DNA from: Balanoglossus misakiensis
Lineage: Eukaryota; Animalia; Hemichordata
DNA length: 64,000 nt
Assembly: GCA_040954595.2 (NCBI GenBank)
Contig: CM082578.2
Coordinates: 9,161,519-9,225,518 of the forward strand
Reading direction: 5' to 3'
Shown here: one piece after another, positions 51,801 to 60,800 of the stretch
Layout: each line of letters starts with the position of its first letter
Position numbering within the stretch: the first letter of the stretch is position 1
The notes under the pieces: generated by a model
What the model saw: the letters and a program-made list of their open reading frames with translations, nothing else
The model's database searches: none
Told to the model about the DNA's origin: nothing
Position numbers and translations under genes: made by a program

Positions 51801-53366
51801 ATTTTTAGTGTTGCTGGTGGGACATACAGAGTACATGTAGGTCATCAAACCGGCACACTTGACATGTACTACATATTGTTTCTACTGTACCATTCTGTGG
51901 TGAGCAGCCTTGCATTGCACACTCTAATCTAATTCAGCATTGCTCTCATTCATAATGCCTTATTTTCTTTCCTCCCTCCCCCCCCCCTCCCCTCACAGCT
52001 TGCCACTGAGGTTCTGGGTCAACCTCATAAAGAACCCCGATTTTGTGTTCGACGTGTACAAGTCGCAGACCGTGGACGCCTGCCTCTCGGTGGTGGCACA
52101 GACCTTCATGGACTCCTGTTCGACTTCGGAGCACAAGCTGGGCAAGGACTCGCCCTCCAGCAAGCTGCTCTATGCCAAAGACATTCCAAACTACAGAAAG
52201 TGGGTTTACAGGTGAGTCACGTGTAATTTGTACCTGTTCATATTGTGGAGGTACATATGTCTGGACGTGTGTAGGCTGTAAGATCAATGAAGTGCGCTAT
52301 CACATTCTGAAAGAACACGGAAGACTTAGATGTTCGTAGGATACAGGTTCTCCTCAGGGTTTTTGGATGAAATTCAAAGAAAATTGTGTATGATTACATA
52401 AGTCAGTAACTCCCACCATAATTTGCCTGGCATTATACAAAGCAAAAACACCCGGGGTTGTCTAGCAACTGGATATCAAACAAAATGTCAAAAGTGCAGT
52501 ATCTTTCCCTTGTGATTCACTTAACATTTGAAACTTTATTCTTTTTCTTTGATGACAGAATCTGACATTATCATATGAACAATTGTACTGCACACTGTAT
52601 GCAGACTTCATGTGTTATGCCATTTCATTTGTATCCAGATTGTGTCCAATATGGCCGCTGTGTGAACTGTATGATTTAGTTATAATTTCATCATATACAT
52701 CAGTAATCTTTGAACATGTCCGAACTGAATTTTGGGTTCATATTTTGTACAGAGACACACACGCCTAGTCTGATTGCGTTCCATCAAGACTTTCCTCCAG
52801 TGTTTTTTTTTTTCTGAACCGGTTCATCCAGTCGGGGCTAGGTCATTGACAGTGGCTCCTCCTCCTTTTTCTTCCTGAAGGTTTTATCATGACATCAAGA
52901 ATATGCCGACTATCAGCGATCAAGAGATGAGCTCAGCTCTAGTGGAAGAATCCAGGCTCCACCAGAACGACTTCAACGACATGGCAGCCCTCAATGAGCT
53001 GTATTTCTATTATGCACAGAAATATAACGAGCCGGTGAGTGTGCAGCTCAGGTTCTATTTCGAGCTTTCCGGGATCTTTCAACAGCGCAACCACGGCCAA
53101 GGCCACAGGGAGGCATGTTTTTTTGGAGCTGTTGTTTTTCACGCACTGCGGTTGTCCCTCGCCAAATGCGGGCCTATAGCCAAGAAACTGTTGCAGTCAT
53201 ATCTGAGACAGACTTGTGTTGTAGTAGATGTATTTACAACTTCTTTTGTTTTGTTTTTGTTTAGCTGCAAGAGGCTCTGGAAGATGTCGACAACGTCAAC
53301 AGGAGCCGACTCGCCTACAAGTTGGAACAGGTCGACGATATAATGTCCGGCCAATCCACCACCTGA
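14719..53366 (+). CDS. PLXNA: Plexin-A-like semaphorin receptor, 31 coding exons, ~1910 aa (whole-gene span)
   Basis: Exons were joined by hand with consistent phases and GT-AG boundaries; total 5733 nt is divisible by 3 with no internal stop. Class-A-type motifs: [46 protein letters not shown](T)[53 protein letters not shown]. The C-terminus GQSTT lacks the plexin-B VTDL PDZ-binding motif. Confidence 0.96.
16115..16303 (+). CDS. PLXNA: Plexin coding exon 2 (Sema)
   Basis: tcttttcag|GAT ... AAG|gtaagt; [10 protein letters not shown]...[22 protein letters not shown]; 189 nt. Confidence 0.93.
16945..17037. mobile_element. ~85 bp TTAA-flanked MITE (piggyBac-like termini), copy 1
   Basis: TTAA-CCCTTTCAC ... 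GTGAAAGGG-TTAA perfect terminal inverted repeat; second copy at 50077-50170. Confidence 0.75.
27033..27213. mobile_element. Tc1/mariner-superfamily (pogo/Tigger-like) MITE remnant
   Basis: Right end ggtttagacaggttttactg-TA (reverse complement TA-CAGTAAAACCTGTCTAAACC) matches the degenerate left end tacgataaatctgtctaaaccg; internal ccttgtc/ctgtcta/aaaccgaac-type subrepeats. Confidence 0.6.
35532..35666 (+). CDS. PLXNA: Plexin coding exon 3 (Sema C-terminal blade)
   Basis: ctgtttcag|CTT ... CAG|gtgagt; [17 protein letters not shown]...[17 protein letters not shown]; 135 nt. Confidence 0.92.
38856..38965 (+). CDS. PLXNA: Plexin coding exon 4 (PSI1)
   Basis: [18 protein letters not shown]...[12 protein letters not shown]; tacag|ATC ... 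AA|gtatgt. Confidence 0.93.
39072..39182 (+). repeat. Diverged 55-bp tandem duplication that includes the 3' splice site of coding exon 5
   Basis: gatctattgtgatgcgccatct...ctgtttttacag and gatttatcgtgaggcgccatct...ttgtttttacag. Confidence 0.8.
39183..39309 (+). CDS. PLXNA: Plexin coding exon 5 (PSI1 end)
   Basis: KCSRKADC...[16 protein letters not shown]; tttttacag|G ... ACG|gtgagt; absent from the ORF track. Confidence 0.92.
39363..39423 (-). mobile_element. TTAA-flanked MITE, truncated inverted copy 3
   Basis: Reverse complement tgaacccttccaccaccatggtttggccc...ccattgttttctatagtatagctgga matches the left two-thirds of copies 1 and 2. Confidence 0.55.
39473..39632 (+). CDS. PLXNA: Plexin coding exon 6 (IPT1)
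   Basis: LTLTVTSLP...FHCVF...LTCSTPSP; caacag|TTG ... G|gtgaga. Confidence 0.9.
39788..39996 (+). CDS. PLXNA: Plexin coding exon 7 (IPT1 end and PSI2)
   Basis: [31 protein letters not shown]; donor GCT|gtaagt. Confidence 0.93.
40149..40265 (+). CDS. PLXNA: Plexin coding exon 8 (PSI2 end / IPT2)
   Basis: [12 protein letters not shown]...ILIPVDV...GQNFPDVP; ttttcag|AAT ... CCA|gtaagt. Confidence 0.9.
40644..40748 (+). CDS. PLXNA: Plexin coding exon 9 (IPT2)
   Basis: [14 protein letters not shown]...[11 protein letters not shown]; caaccag|AGC ... AAG|gtgagc. Confidence 0.9.
40917..41010 (+). CDS. PLXNA: Plexin coding exon 10 (IPT2 end)
   Basis: YVYAEQ...[18 protein letters not shown]; tttcag|TAT ... 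G|gtaaag. Confidence 0.9.
41417..41604 (+). CDS. PLXNA: Plexin coding exon 11 (PSI3)
   Basis: [23 protein letters not shown]...CPAPTITE; donor GAG|gtaaga. Confidence 0.94.
42046..42194 (+). CDS. PLXNA: Plexin coding exon 12 (IPT3)
   Basis: [22 protein letters not shown]...VAGHEC; ttgcag|GTT ... CA|gtaagt. Confidence 0.93.
42463..42583 (+). CDS. PLXNA: Plexin coding exon 13 (IPT3 end)
   Basis: VQCVTSSSG...SDEDFSYV; tttgcag|G ... GTG|gtaggt. Confidence 0.9.
43509..43645 (+). CDS. PLXNA: Plexin coding exon 14 (IPT4)
   Basis: [31 protein letters not shown]; cacag|ATC ... GA|gtgagt. Confidence 0.93.
44732..44902 (+). CDS. PLXNA: Plexin coding exon 15 (IPT4 end / IPT5 start)
   Basis: [11 protein letters not shown]...[12 protein letters not shown]; ttgcag|G ... 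AG|gtagag. Confidence 0.9.
45093..45186 (+). CDS. PLXNA: Plexin coding exon 16 (IPT5)
   Basis: [18 protein letters not shown]; ttttcag|T ... GCA|gtaagt. Confidence 0.92.
45549..45797 (+). CDS. PLXNA: Plexin coding exon 17 (IPT5 / IPT6)
   Basis: [15 protein letters not shown]...FGFIMDSV...FLYYPDP; donor GCT|gtgagt. Confidence 0.93.
46122..46277 (+). CDS. PLXNA: Plexin coding exon 18 (IPT6)
   Basis: [32 protein letters not shown]; donor ACT|gtgagt. Confidence 0.93.
46517..46754 (+). CDS. PLXNA: Plexin coding exon 19 (transmembrane helix and juxtamembrane coiled coil)
   Basis: [23 protein letters not shown] (contains GxxxG) followed by KRKSK; [18 protein letters not shown]. Confidence 0.95.
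47113..47255 (+). CDS. PLXNA: Plexin coding exon 20 (GAP C1 start)
   Basis: [11 protein letters not shown]...[16 protein letters not shown]. Confidence 0.95.
47483..47673 (+). CDS. PLXNA: Plexin coding exon 21 (GAP C1)
   Basis: [42 protein letters not shown]. Confidence 0.95.
48021..48098 (+). CDS. PLXNA: Plexin coding exon 22 (GAP C1, arginine-finger motif)
   Basis: [11 protein letters not shown]...HPKLLLR(R); tttcag|C ... AG|gtaggc. Confidence 0.94.
48933..49146 (+). CDS. PLXNA: Plexin coding exon 23 (GAP C1 end)
   Basis: [12 protein letters not shown]...[31 protein letters not shown]. Confidence 0.95.
49563..49692 (+). mobile_element. Possible DINE-1/HINE-like (Helentron-associated) element 5' fragment with GTCT microsatellite
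   Basis: T-run, then an imperfect short inverted repeat (aactc...gagct), then a degenerate (GTCT)n tract; this layout resembles HINE elements. Confidence 0.35.
49793..49964 (+). CDS. PLXNA: Plexin coding exon 24 (Rho-binding domain)
   Basis: [32 protein letters not shown]; ggcag|GCG ... G|gtgagt. Confidence 0.92.
50077..50170. mobile_element. TTAA-flanked MITE, copy 2
   Basis: ttta-ccatttcaccaccatggttcagtcc...ggttggacctc...gtgaaaggg-ttaa; colinear with copy 1. Confidence 0.72.
50398..50501 (+). CDS. PLXNA: Plexin coding exon 25 (RBD)
   Basis: [34 protein letters not shown]. Confidence 0.94.
50777..50867 (+). CDS. PLXNA: Plexin coding exon 26 (RBD end / linker)
   Basis: [13 protein letters not shown]; tgacag|GTA ... 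G|gtaagt. Confidence 0.9.
51038..51225 (+). CDS. PLXNA: Plexin coding exon 27 (linker and GAP C2 start)
   Basis: [11 protein letters not shown]...[15 protein letters not shown]. Confidence 0.94.
51363..51532 (+). CDS. PLXNA: Plexin coding exon 28 (GAP C2)
   Basis: [16 protein letters not shown]...[16 protein letters not shown]...[11 protein letters not shown]. Confidence 0.95.
51999..52211 (+). CDS. PLXNA: Plexin coding exon 29 (GAP C2, second catalytic Arg motif LRFW)
   Basis: [20 protein letters not shown]...[35 protein letters not shown]. Confidence 0.96.
52881..53034 (+). CDS. PLXNA: Plexin coding exon 30
   Basis: [16 protein letters not shown]...[16 protein letters not shown]; ctgaag|G ... 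CCG|gtgagt. Confidence 0.94.
53265..53366 (+). CDS. PLXNA: Plexin terminal coding exon 31
   Basis: tttttgtttag|CTG; LQEALED...[22 protein letters not shown] at 53364-53366. Confidence 0.92.
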   Translation: MQEALEDVDNVNRSRLAYKLEQVDDIMSGQSTT

Positions 53367-56300
53367 GAAGGAAAAAAAAAAAGAAATCAGAAAAAAAATG
53401 CCAGCATGACAGTGCCATTCCCAACCCCAAGATGATTGCCCCGTCAGATAAATGGGTGAAATGCGAAGAAATCATTAGGAGTTAAAAATCAAACTGCTGC
53501 AAATCAAGTCCTAGGATACATTTAGTTATACAATAAAGATGGCTAACCATAGTTACAGACATACATTTCAGTTTACGCCAGCATAAAAGTTGTACGAATT
53601 TCAGCGTTCGCTACAGTTGTGACTGAGCAATTCCAGCTGTGCTTGCAGAAGTAAGAAACGGTGGAGTTCTTTCAGTGAAAGCGTAATCTGTGCTTTAAAT
53701 TTGCCTAACAATTGTTCAGAAGCTAGTTTATTATTATTTTTTATTTTTTTGGTCCACTGTCATTTACTGTTTCTTGGGGATTTCTGTGGGTGATGTGACA
53801 CCTGTTGCAAGAATTAAAAATGTGTAATGAATTAATGGCAGGCCAAAGGTCAGTCATGAGAAATGAGCAAAAAAAACAGGAAGCAAGAATATGAATGGGA
53901 TGGGTTTAATACATCCGATGGGGGGGGGGGGGATTTTGATTTTGAACTTCAGTTTGGATTAACACACTGCCACTAACAGTGTAACAAGGTTTATAATTTT
54001 AATATGTATGTATATATAGAGAGAGAATTATATTCACCAAAGCCTGTATTCCTTTGCCAATGTATAGCGCTAATTTTCTTTGGTTTGAGCGATCCATTGA
54101 CAAGAAACGGCAATGTCATTGGCCTGTAGTTCGTGGAGGATTGAACAGGAGACTGTCAGCCTTGTTTAGCCGAGATCATAGGAGATCATTGACCCGTTCT
54201 GTCACTTCACAATCGGGTAATCGACAGTGCATTTCAAAGAAGCCTGGCTGTGTCTTCTGACGAAGTATTCACTTTTCCGTCTCCTGCTATCGTATCAGTC
54301 GATGATCAAGGGGATTGGAACCTTATTTCTTTGTTTGCGTGTGCGCGGAGAAGCATGATTCAAAAGGGAAAGTTCTAAAGCTTGACCTTTCGGGTTTTTC
54401 GACTGTAATTGATCAATGACACCTCCCCGGGTGTTTGTCCTTCATGATTTCAGGTTAAAATAGATGAGAATGTTGTGCAAAGAAAGAAACAAAACAAAAA
54501 ACGAGATGGAAAGTTCTTTATTTATTTATTTACCATTTGCTGTTGTATCAGTTGGGATTAGGGAGATCGCGATCGTGTTTCTTTGTCTGTGTCATTCATC
54601 CGTGAAAGGGGCACTTCTTACCTGCGCCGTTGTCATGGATGAGAGCATGACGAAAAGGATGACGTCTGCTGTTTCTCTTCTTTTGGGGGCCAAAATTGAC
54701 GCAAATGTCATGCAAAGAAGGAAGTATACATCATATACTCAAAGTGGCATGAAAAAAGTAGGATATAAGATCAAAGGGAAAATGTCATTGTGTGTAATAC
54801 AAGGAAAACGTTTACTGTCTTTTAGACTTTCGTGGGTTATTTTTGTCTCGTCAAGTAACTTGTGTTGTCATGGCAGCCGTGTCGACCACCAGTTGGTAAC
54901 CTTGTTCCCTTAGGCATAAAAAAAAAATAATCCAAAATATCAATTACCGGGTAAATATTAAAACCACTTCCTTGGATGGATTGATGTCATGCTGTATAGA
55001 TAGATTAATGCCGAGTGAAGGTCATGGATGAATGATGAGGCTCTATCTTTGACAGAAGGGTGTATTGTCAGTTTAGTATTCCCAGTATGTTTTGTGAGGC
55101 ACCCCCATCAGTGCACTGCTTTTTGCAGTCTTGACGTTCATATTAATGTCTCTCACCAGAAATCAGTGCGTTTGTGTGAGTATATGCACATGCTGTTCCC
55201 TGGTACTAAGATTAACCTGATGATGTGGTTATTCATCCCATCAGTTGGTTTGCCATCTCTGCGACCCATCATAGCAATAAATATTAACTTTTTTTTGAAA
55301 AGGTAAAGTTAAATAATGCTGGTTTACTGATGAGATTTGCACCAAGCGTATGGTTCATTTATTGTTTTCCGCTGGTTGGTTATTTGATGGGGTATACGAA
55401 ATGCAATTGGTCAATCTGGGTAAATGTTTTTTTTAAGCACAGCAGGGAGAGTTTGAAAGCCACAACAACAAAAAAGATGATGTTGCTCTTGTCTTACCAG
55501 GATGTTGTTTGGAGCTCATTGTGAAAAACACAACCCTGCCATTCCGTTATGTTTTAGCCCCCCTGGAAATAGTGGAATTAGCCCTGGCTCACAAAGGGGA
55601 GAGAGTCTGCAAGCAGTGACTTTGTTTGATTTGCATGTTTTGGGGGCATCGGGTGTATATTTGTTTTAACCATGCAGAGTTTCTGAGTAAGAGTCACATT
55701 TACTTAATATGCAAAAGCTGGCTTCCCGTTATGGTGCTCACGAGATCCCCCTCAGTCAGTCAATTATTCAGTTAAATATCACTTTTGTCCCGGGGCAAAA
55801 TCTTCAGAATTCAACTGACAAGTCGTCATGCTTTTCAAACATCAGTCACATGAGCACATGCATATTCTATGGGGAAATCCTATTTAACTAAAAACTGACT
55901 ACATTATGGTGCTTTTTCTTCATAAACTTGGCTTATGCAAATTTCTGTATTACTCATATTTTATACCACATAGAAGCAGTCTTTGTGTACCAATCAAATT
56001 AAGTCTTCCTGTAGTCAAAGGCAGTAATTCTCGTTATTGTGCTTACACATATTTTTCTTGCACAAATTGTTATTCTGGATTTATGTTGTTACATTAGGAG
56101 GTGGAACCGTTTAGTTTACCGGCAATGAAACAATGTCTCTGTATAAGGCTCTATGTTGCATTTTTATTTTCCTACTAGAGATTTATGTATTCTTAGCAAT
56201 ACTGGTGTCTATATGCCAGAATATATGAATGTGGTCTATCACAAGATTTATCACCAGAAATGTTCAATGCAGAATTAATACACTTGATTTTCTTTAAAAG

Positions 56301-56530
56301 GCAATTAAGACAATTCAGTGGATAATTAAGCTAGTTAATACTGTCTCTCAAAGAATATGTAATATTATCAAACAAGAAGTAGTTGTGTGGGTTTTTTTAT
56401 ATTAAGCTTTAATGTGGATACTTAAAGTATTATTGCAAAGTTTGCTGTCTGCCATGTGCTCGCAAATCAATTGATGAATCAACTGCTGTATTTTGATTTT
56501 GAGCAGTTATGTCACTAGCTTTCATTGGTT

Positions 56531-56611
56531 GTTTCTATGGAATTTAGGCTGTTAAGTTATCTTTGATTGGTTTCTATGGAATTTAGGCTGTTAAGTTATC
56601 TTTGATTGGTT
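56531..56611. repeat. Perfect 39-bp tandem duplication in the putative 3'UTR
   Basis: gtttctatggaatttaggctgttaagttatctttgattg at 56531-56569 and 56570-56608. Confidence 0.9.
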
Positions 56612-57878
56612 GCAATTGATTCTAAGCAAAACTGTGATTGGCTGTTGCTATGGATGATATTTAAATGTCAGCTGCACATGAACTATTTGTAAATATTATA
56701 CATGTCGATCATTAACTTTGGAAAATAGTCTTTGGGGAATATCCTTTGCACTAGTCACAATTCCTGTCAGCATTTTCAGTCAGCATTTAAGTTTTGGGCA
56801 AAGAAAACCAATATTAATCGTACAACGGTGTTTAAGAAGATAATAGCATGCTGAAAATATTAACATTTTATAGCTGTAAAGATATTTTTATTGCTAGGTT
56901 CATAATAGTGTCTGTTTCTGTCGGCAGGCAGGGACCTCTCATGTAACCTGGGGTTTTGGATTAGGGGGAATTTCTCTTTTTGTAACTAGACAAAGTACTT
57001 TTTTTAATAACAGAAGGGCTTTAGAAAGAAAGTGTATATTGTATGAATTTGAGTGTAAAATATGAAGTCCTTTCTTTCTCAATGCATCATATGCAATTCT
57101 CTGATTTTAAACCTGTATATATGGTGGAATTATTACTAATGAACTAGTGTGGGCAGGAGGGAGATGACTGAAATCTCGAATCAAGTTATTATAGAAAAAT
57201 TGTTGTAGTTGGCAGTAAGTAACACATGTAATGAAATCGTGTTTTTCCCCCACACAAGAATTTGTCTGATAGTGGATTTGTGTATGCTGCAGAATACTAG
57301 AACGCCATTTCGAGCACTGTAGGTTGTTGTGTGACATTGGTGACATCAATCCGGGATGATTAAATATTCATTAAGGGTTGTCCATAGGATGGTCCAAGGG
57401 GAGGGGGATTTTGTAGACTTGCACTCTAAGTTGGTCTGAAGAAGAAGAAAAAAGGACTGCCAAGACATGCAAAGAATTTTTGTAGTTGTGTAAAACTTAG
57501 ACAAAGTACACATTTTAACAGGAATTTATAAACTGACATTGTACTTCTTTAGTCACGCAATTTAACAGGTTTGCAGGATAATGAATTTGTTTAACTAGCA
57601 CGAAAGTAGACAACCGCAATTTTCGATGTCCGATCAACTCACCCTTCTGACTAAGTGCAGAAGGGGTGAGATGTTAGCAGTTACTCATCAGCAACTTCCA
57701 TCACCGGCTGATGGCTTTCAAATAACACTTACAGTTTAGCATAAAATACATGCAAGGGAGGTTGTTTTTTTATGGTTTGTCATATAAGGTTCTGTAAAGC
57801 TGTCGCCAAAAGCAATGATATTTTTGTATGTATGGTTTCACAACACGATGCAACAGTCGCCATAGTAGTACTGCTTCC

Positions 57879-57884
57879 AATAAA
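57879..57884 (+). terminator. Candidate distal polyadenylation signal AATAAA
   Basis: AATAAA followed by U-rich sequence at the end of the AU-rich block. Confidence 0.4.
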
Positions 57885-60800
57885 ACAGTTGCATTTATTT
57901 TCCTAATTATTAAAAAGAATGGGATTTTCGTGGTTGAAAAAAGATAGCATTTGCACTAGAGGAGTAATTTTTTGGATGCATTATTTGAAGATGTTTGTAT
58001 TGATCAGTGATCCAGTGTCGGAAGATTCTAATAAAATTTGTAAAACCTGACCTGTGTGATGGCGTCATGGTCATCGATGTACATTTTTCCGCTACATAGT
58101 CAGAATTTTCATTTTGTTTGTTGTCATGTGACCTCAATTTTTATTCTCAATTTTAAAAGAGAATAATCTGAAGTTGCTTTGAGCAAAATATGAAAGTTTA
58201 CGGCTTTCGAGGTGCATTCTACTGTAACAAGAGATTTGAAAGGCGACTAGAATTAGGTCAGGATTGCGTTTAACATGTTTAACTTAGATGCAAAAATCAG
58301 GGGTATCTATTCTGAAGAAAAAAGGAGTGGATTAGCCAACAGGAAATATCAAGTTGCTAATAATGGCTTCCAGCTAGATCACCCGACTCAGAACGACGAA
58401 AAAATACTAAACCAGTTTCCAATATCGTTTACGCACGGAGAATTCGACATGCAACTAATCTCTCAATTCACAAACAAGACAACCCATCGTCCAAGGTCTT
58501 TCATTAAAAAACAATGATATATACTTACCGTTAGGGACAGCGTGTGTAAAAATTATAGAAGTGATTCGGATTATTCAGTTGGCTGCTCAAGGGGGTGGCG
58601 GGTTAGAAGGTGCAATGGAAGGATTAAACCTTAAATGAGTGCATAGAAGATTACGCACGATCTGGTTCCGCGCATTTCATCCTTCAGTAGAGAGAAAATG
58701 AAAGACAACTGTTCAGGGGATGGATCTTTTAGATCAGTTATCAGCATTGTTTTGCCCAAATACCAAGATATATTTTATACATTCAGGAAAACAGAAGAAA
58801 AAAGATATCACTTCGAGTGGGAAGCCTCTAGTCTAGAGCTCGAGCACACGAGATAGATGCCACTGTTCGTTAGATTTGAATAAATGTTTACAGAGCGGAG
58901 TCTGGTACGTGGCACGTTGTTCAGATAAATTTCTGTTGACCGCGACGAAAGATAGTCTCGCTTCGCAGTTCTTTAAAGGCACATCTTGTCAGTAGTTGTT
59001 CTCCTTTTAACTAAAACTCCTACTGGAGCTGTGAACGGAATATGGCGAACTTCTTGAGGTTGCGGAGATTTTTCATCATTTAGAACTGTCTCCTGTAATC
59101 TTTGACTAGCGCATTTCTTTTCATATAGATTTCCACGTGCGTTTTAAAAGAATATATCCTTTGTCTCGCCAGGCACGTATTCTAACAACTGAACTCCGCA
59201 GGCCTTAGTTTTCAACAACTTGATTGGGTTGCGCGTTATCTGGTGATGTTTAGTGCTTTTAACGAAGTACTTTGTATAAACCGTGAGCTCTCTTGCAGAT
59301 TTCTGTCTTTGCGCATGCGGAAAAGAAGCCATCATAGTGTTGTATCGGATAGGGTACTAATACATTTGGCGATGAGAGACAGTTTAGAAGTTTAATTCTC
59401 GGGATTCAATACACAAGGTACCCCCTGTTCAAAGCCACTAGCACGAATTAGGTTATCCGTCCACGTAAACACGCTTTTTGAAATGACGAATATCCACTCT
59501 CTTTGTTCTTTTTTTCTGAAATTTTGAAGAGCTTTGCGACAATTTGTCGCAAGCGGCACTGAATCCTCAGTTTTTGTTTTTATTCTCCTCTATGTTGGTG
59601 ACGCGTGTAACTTCTAAACTAAATTGATTGCAACATGACTTACATGTAAGGTTTCCTATGCTAATATTGTCACATTTACCTATTTTCGTAAATGCACTGC
59701 ATGGCCATGCAAAAACAGTTCGCGACCACTTAACCATCAGACTGACACGCGCCCTTTTAACCATATATGGGTTCTGTACATCATACATCATACAAATAAG
59801 AAGAGATTTATTCCTATACGACATCTAGGCTAGCCCACCAGGAACTGTCTATGCGTTCTCACGCCCCAATAAACATTCGAAACTACATCGGGTGTTCCGA
59901 CCAGACTGAGTCTATCTTGCTTTCTTTCAAATGATTGCTTTGGCTATCGGCTTACGTTATTTAGTGCTAGGTCAAGCGATCACATGGCTGACGGAATACG
60001 CAGTCACGGTAATCCGAACGCATTAACTCCGGGCTCAGAAATTTGCTAAAGTCCATAGGCTTGGGGGCAAGTCTAAATTCCATCAAGAAACTGCGATAAC
60101 CTCAAAGCTGCCATCGATAGTTGAAGTTTCTGTCAGCTAGACCAGCCAAGTATAAACTATATTGCGCATTCTATCAGTTCGTTTTTATTCAAAATAGTAC
60201 TTATTTAATCATGCTCCAATTCATAGGGTGATTGCAGTATAGTTGATATGACGTCACTGGCCAACGGCGCTTTTGAAATTAAGAAACTCGCGATTGTTCC
60301 AGTTGTATGGCCCTTTAATGATCACATAATTCGAGGATATTTTTATATCGTTTCAATCAATTGAGAAAAAAATCAACAAGATTTTACGTTTTCATTGATT
60401 TTGAAAATATCCCCATAGCAACCATTACCCAACCGTTTGAATTCTTCGGTATCGCATAAGTAATGTATTAGATTTAACTTATACACTCTGATTTCGTGAA
60501 TGGAACAAATATGTGGACGTGCATTGCTACTCGATTTTCATGATTTGGAAAGCAGGTAACCTTGCAGCTAGGCTTATTGCAAGCACATTAAAAGCATACG
60601 TGGAAAATGGGACAAGATTGCACTCAAATACAACCTTAATTCGAATGGCATCCGATTGATATTGTAAAAGGTCGCAGCGATTATTCAGGAATAATCCTTT
60701 CATCATGCACCATTTTGCAAATGGTTGGGAAGGACTTGTTAGGGGTATATTTTCACGATATAAATTACACATATCAACAATATAAAGATAATGAGCAGAT

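Larger units (their letters stand above)
53367..57900 (+). other. Probable long 3'UTR of the plexin mRNA
   Basis: AU/U-rich, lacks the intronic TACATGTA runs; AATAAA at 53532 and 57879; composition shifts to CpG-rich after ~58.1 kb. Confidence 0.5.

Noticed and set aside
14719-53366. Assignment as plexin-B or as a MET/RON receptor
   Set aside because: The cytoplasmic region is a plexin GAP, not a kinase. There is no C-terminal VTDL-type PDZ motif, and the juxtamembrane and GAP motifs are class-A type. A phylogeny would settle the class.
53364-53400. Stop-codon readthrough or selenocysteine recoding at the terminal TGA
   Set aside because: Context is TGA-GAAG, not TGA-CTAG; no hairpin or SECIS seen; the protein already ends at the normal plexin-A position.
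54464-54913. 149-aa ORF downstream of the plexin stop
   Set aside because: Lies in the putative 3'UTR, composition looks random, no homology recognised.
53900-56700. Seed matches for miR-34, miR-9, miR-29 and miR-7 in the putative 3'UTR
   Set aside because: 7-8-mer matches are expected by chance in 4.5 kb; uninformative without conservation data.
58970-60320. Possible Kolobok-like TTAAAGG...CCTTTAA element, and a Harbinger-like fragment near 59450-59540
   Set aside because: The ends share only ~7 nt of inverted identity and there is no second copy in the window; cannot be supported without a repeat library.
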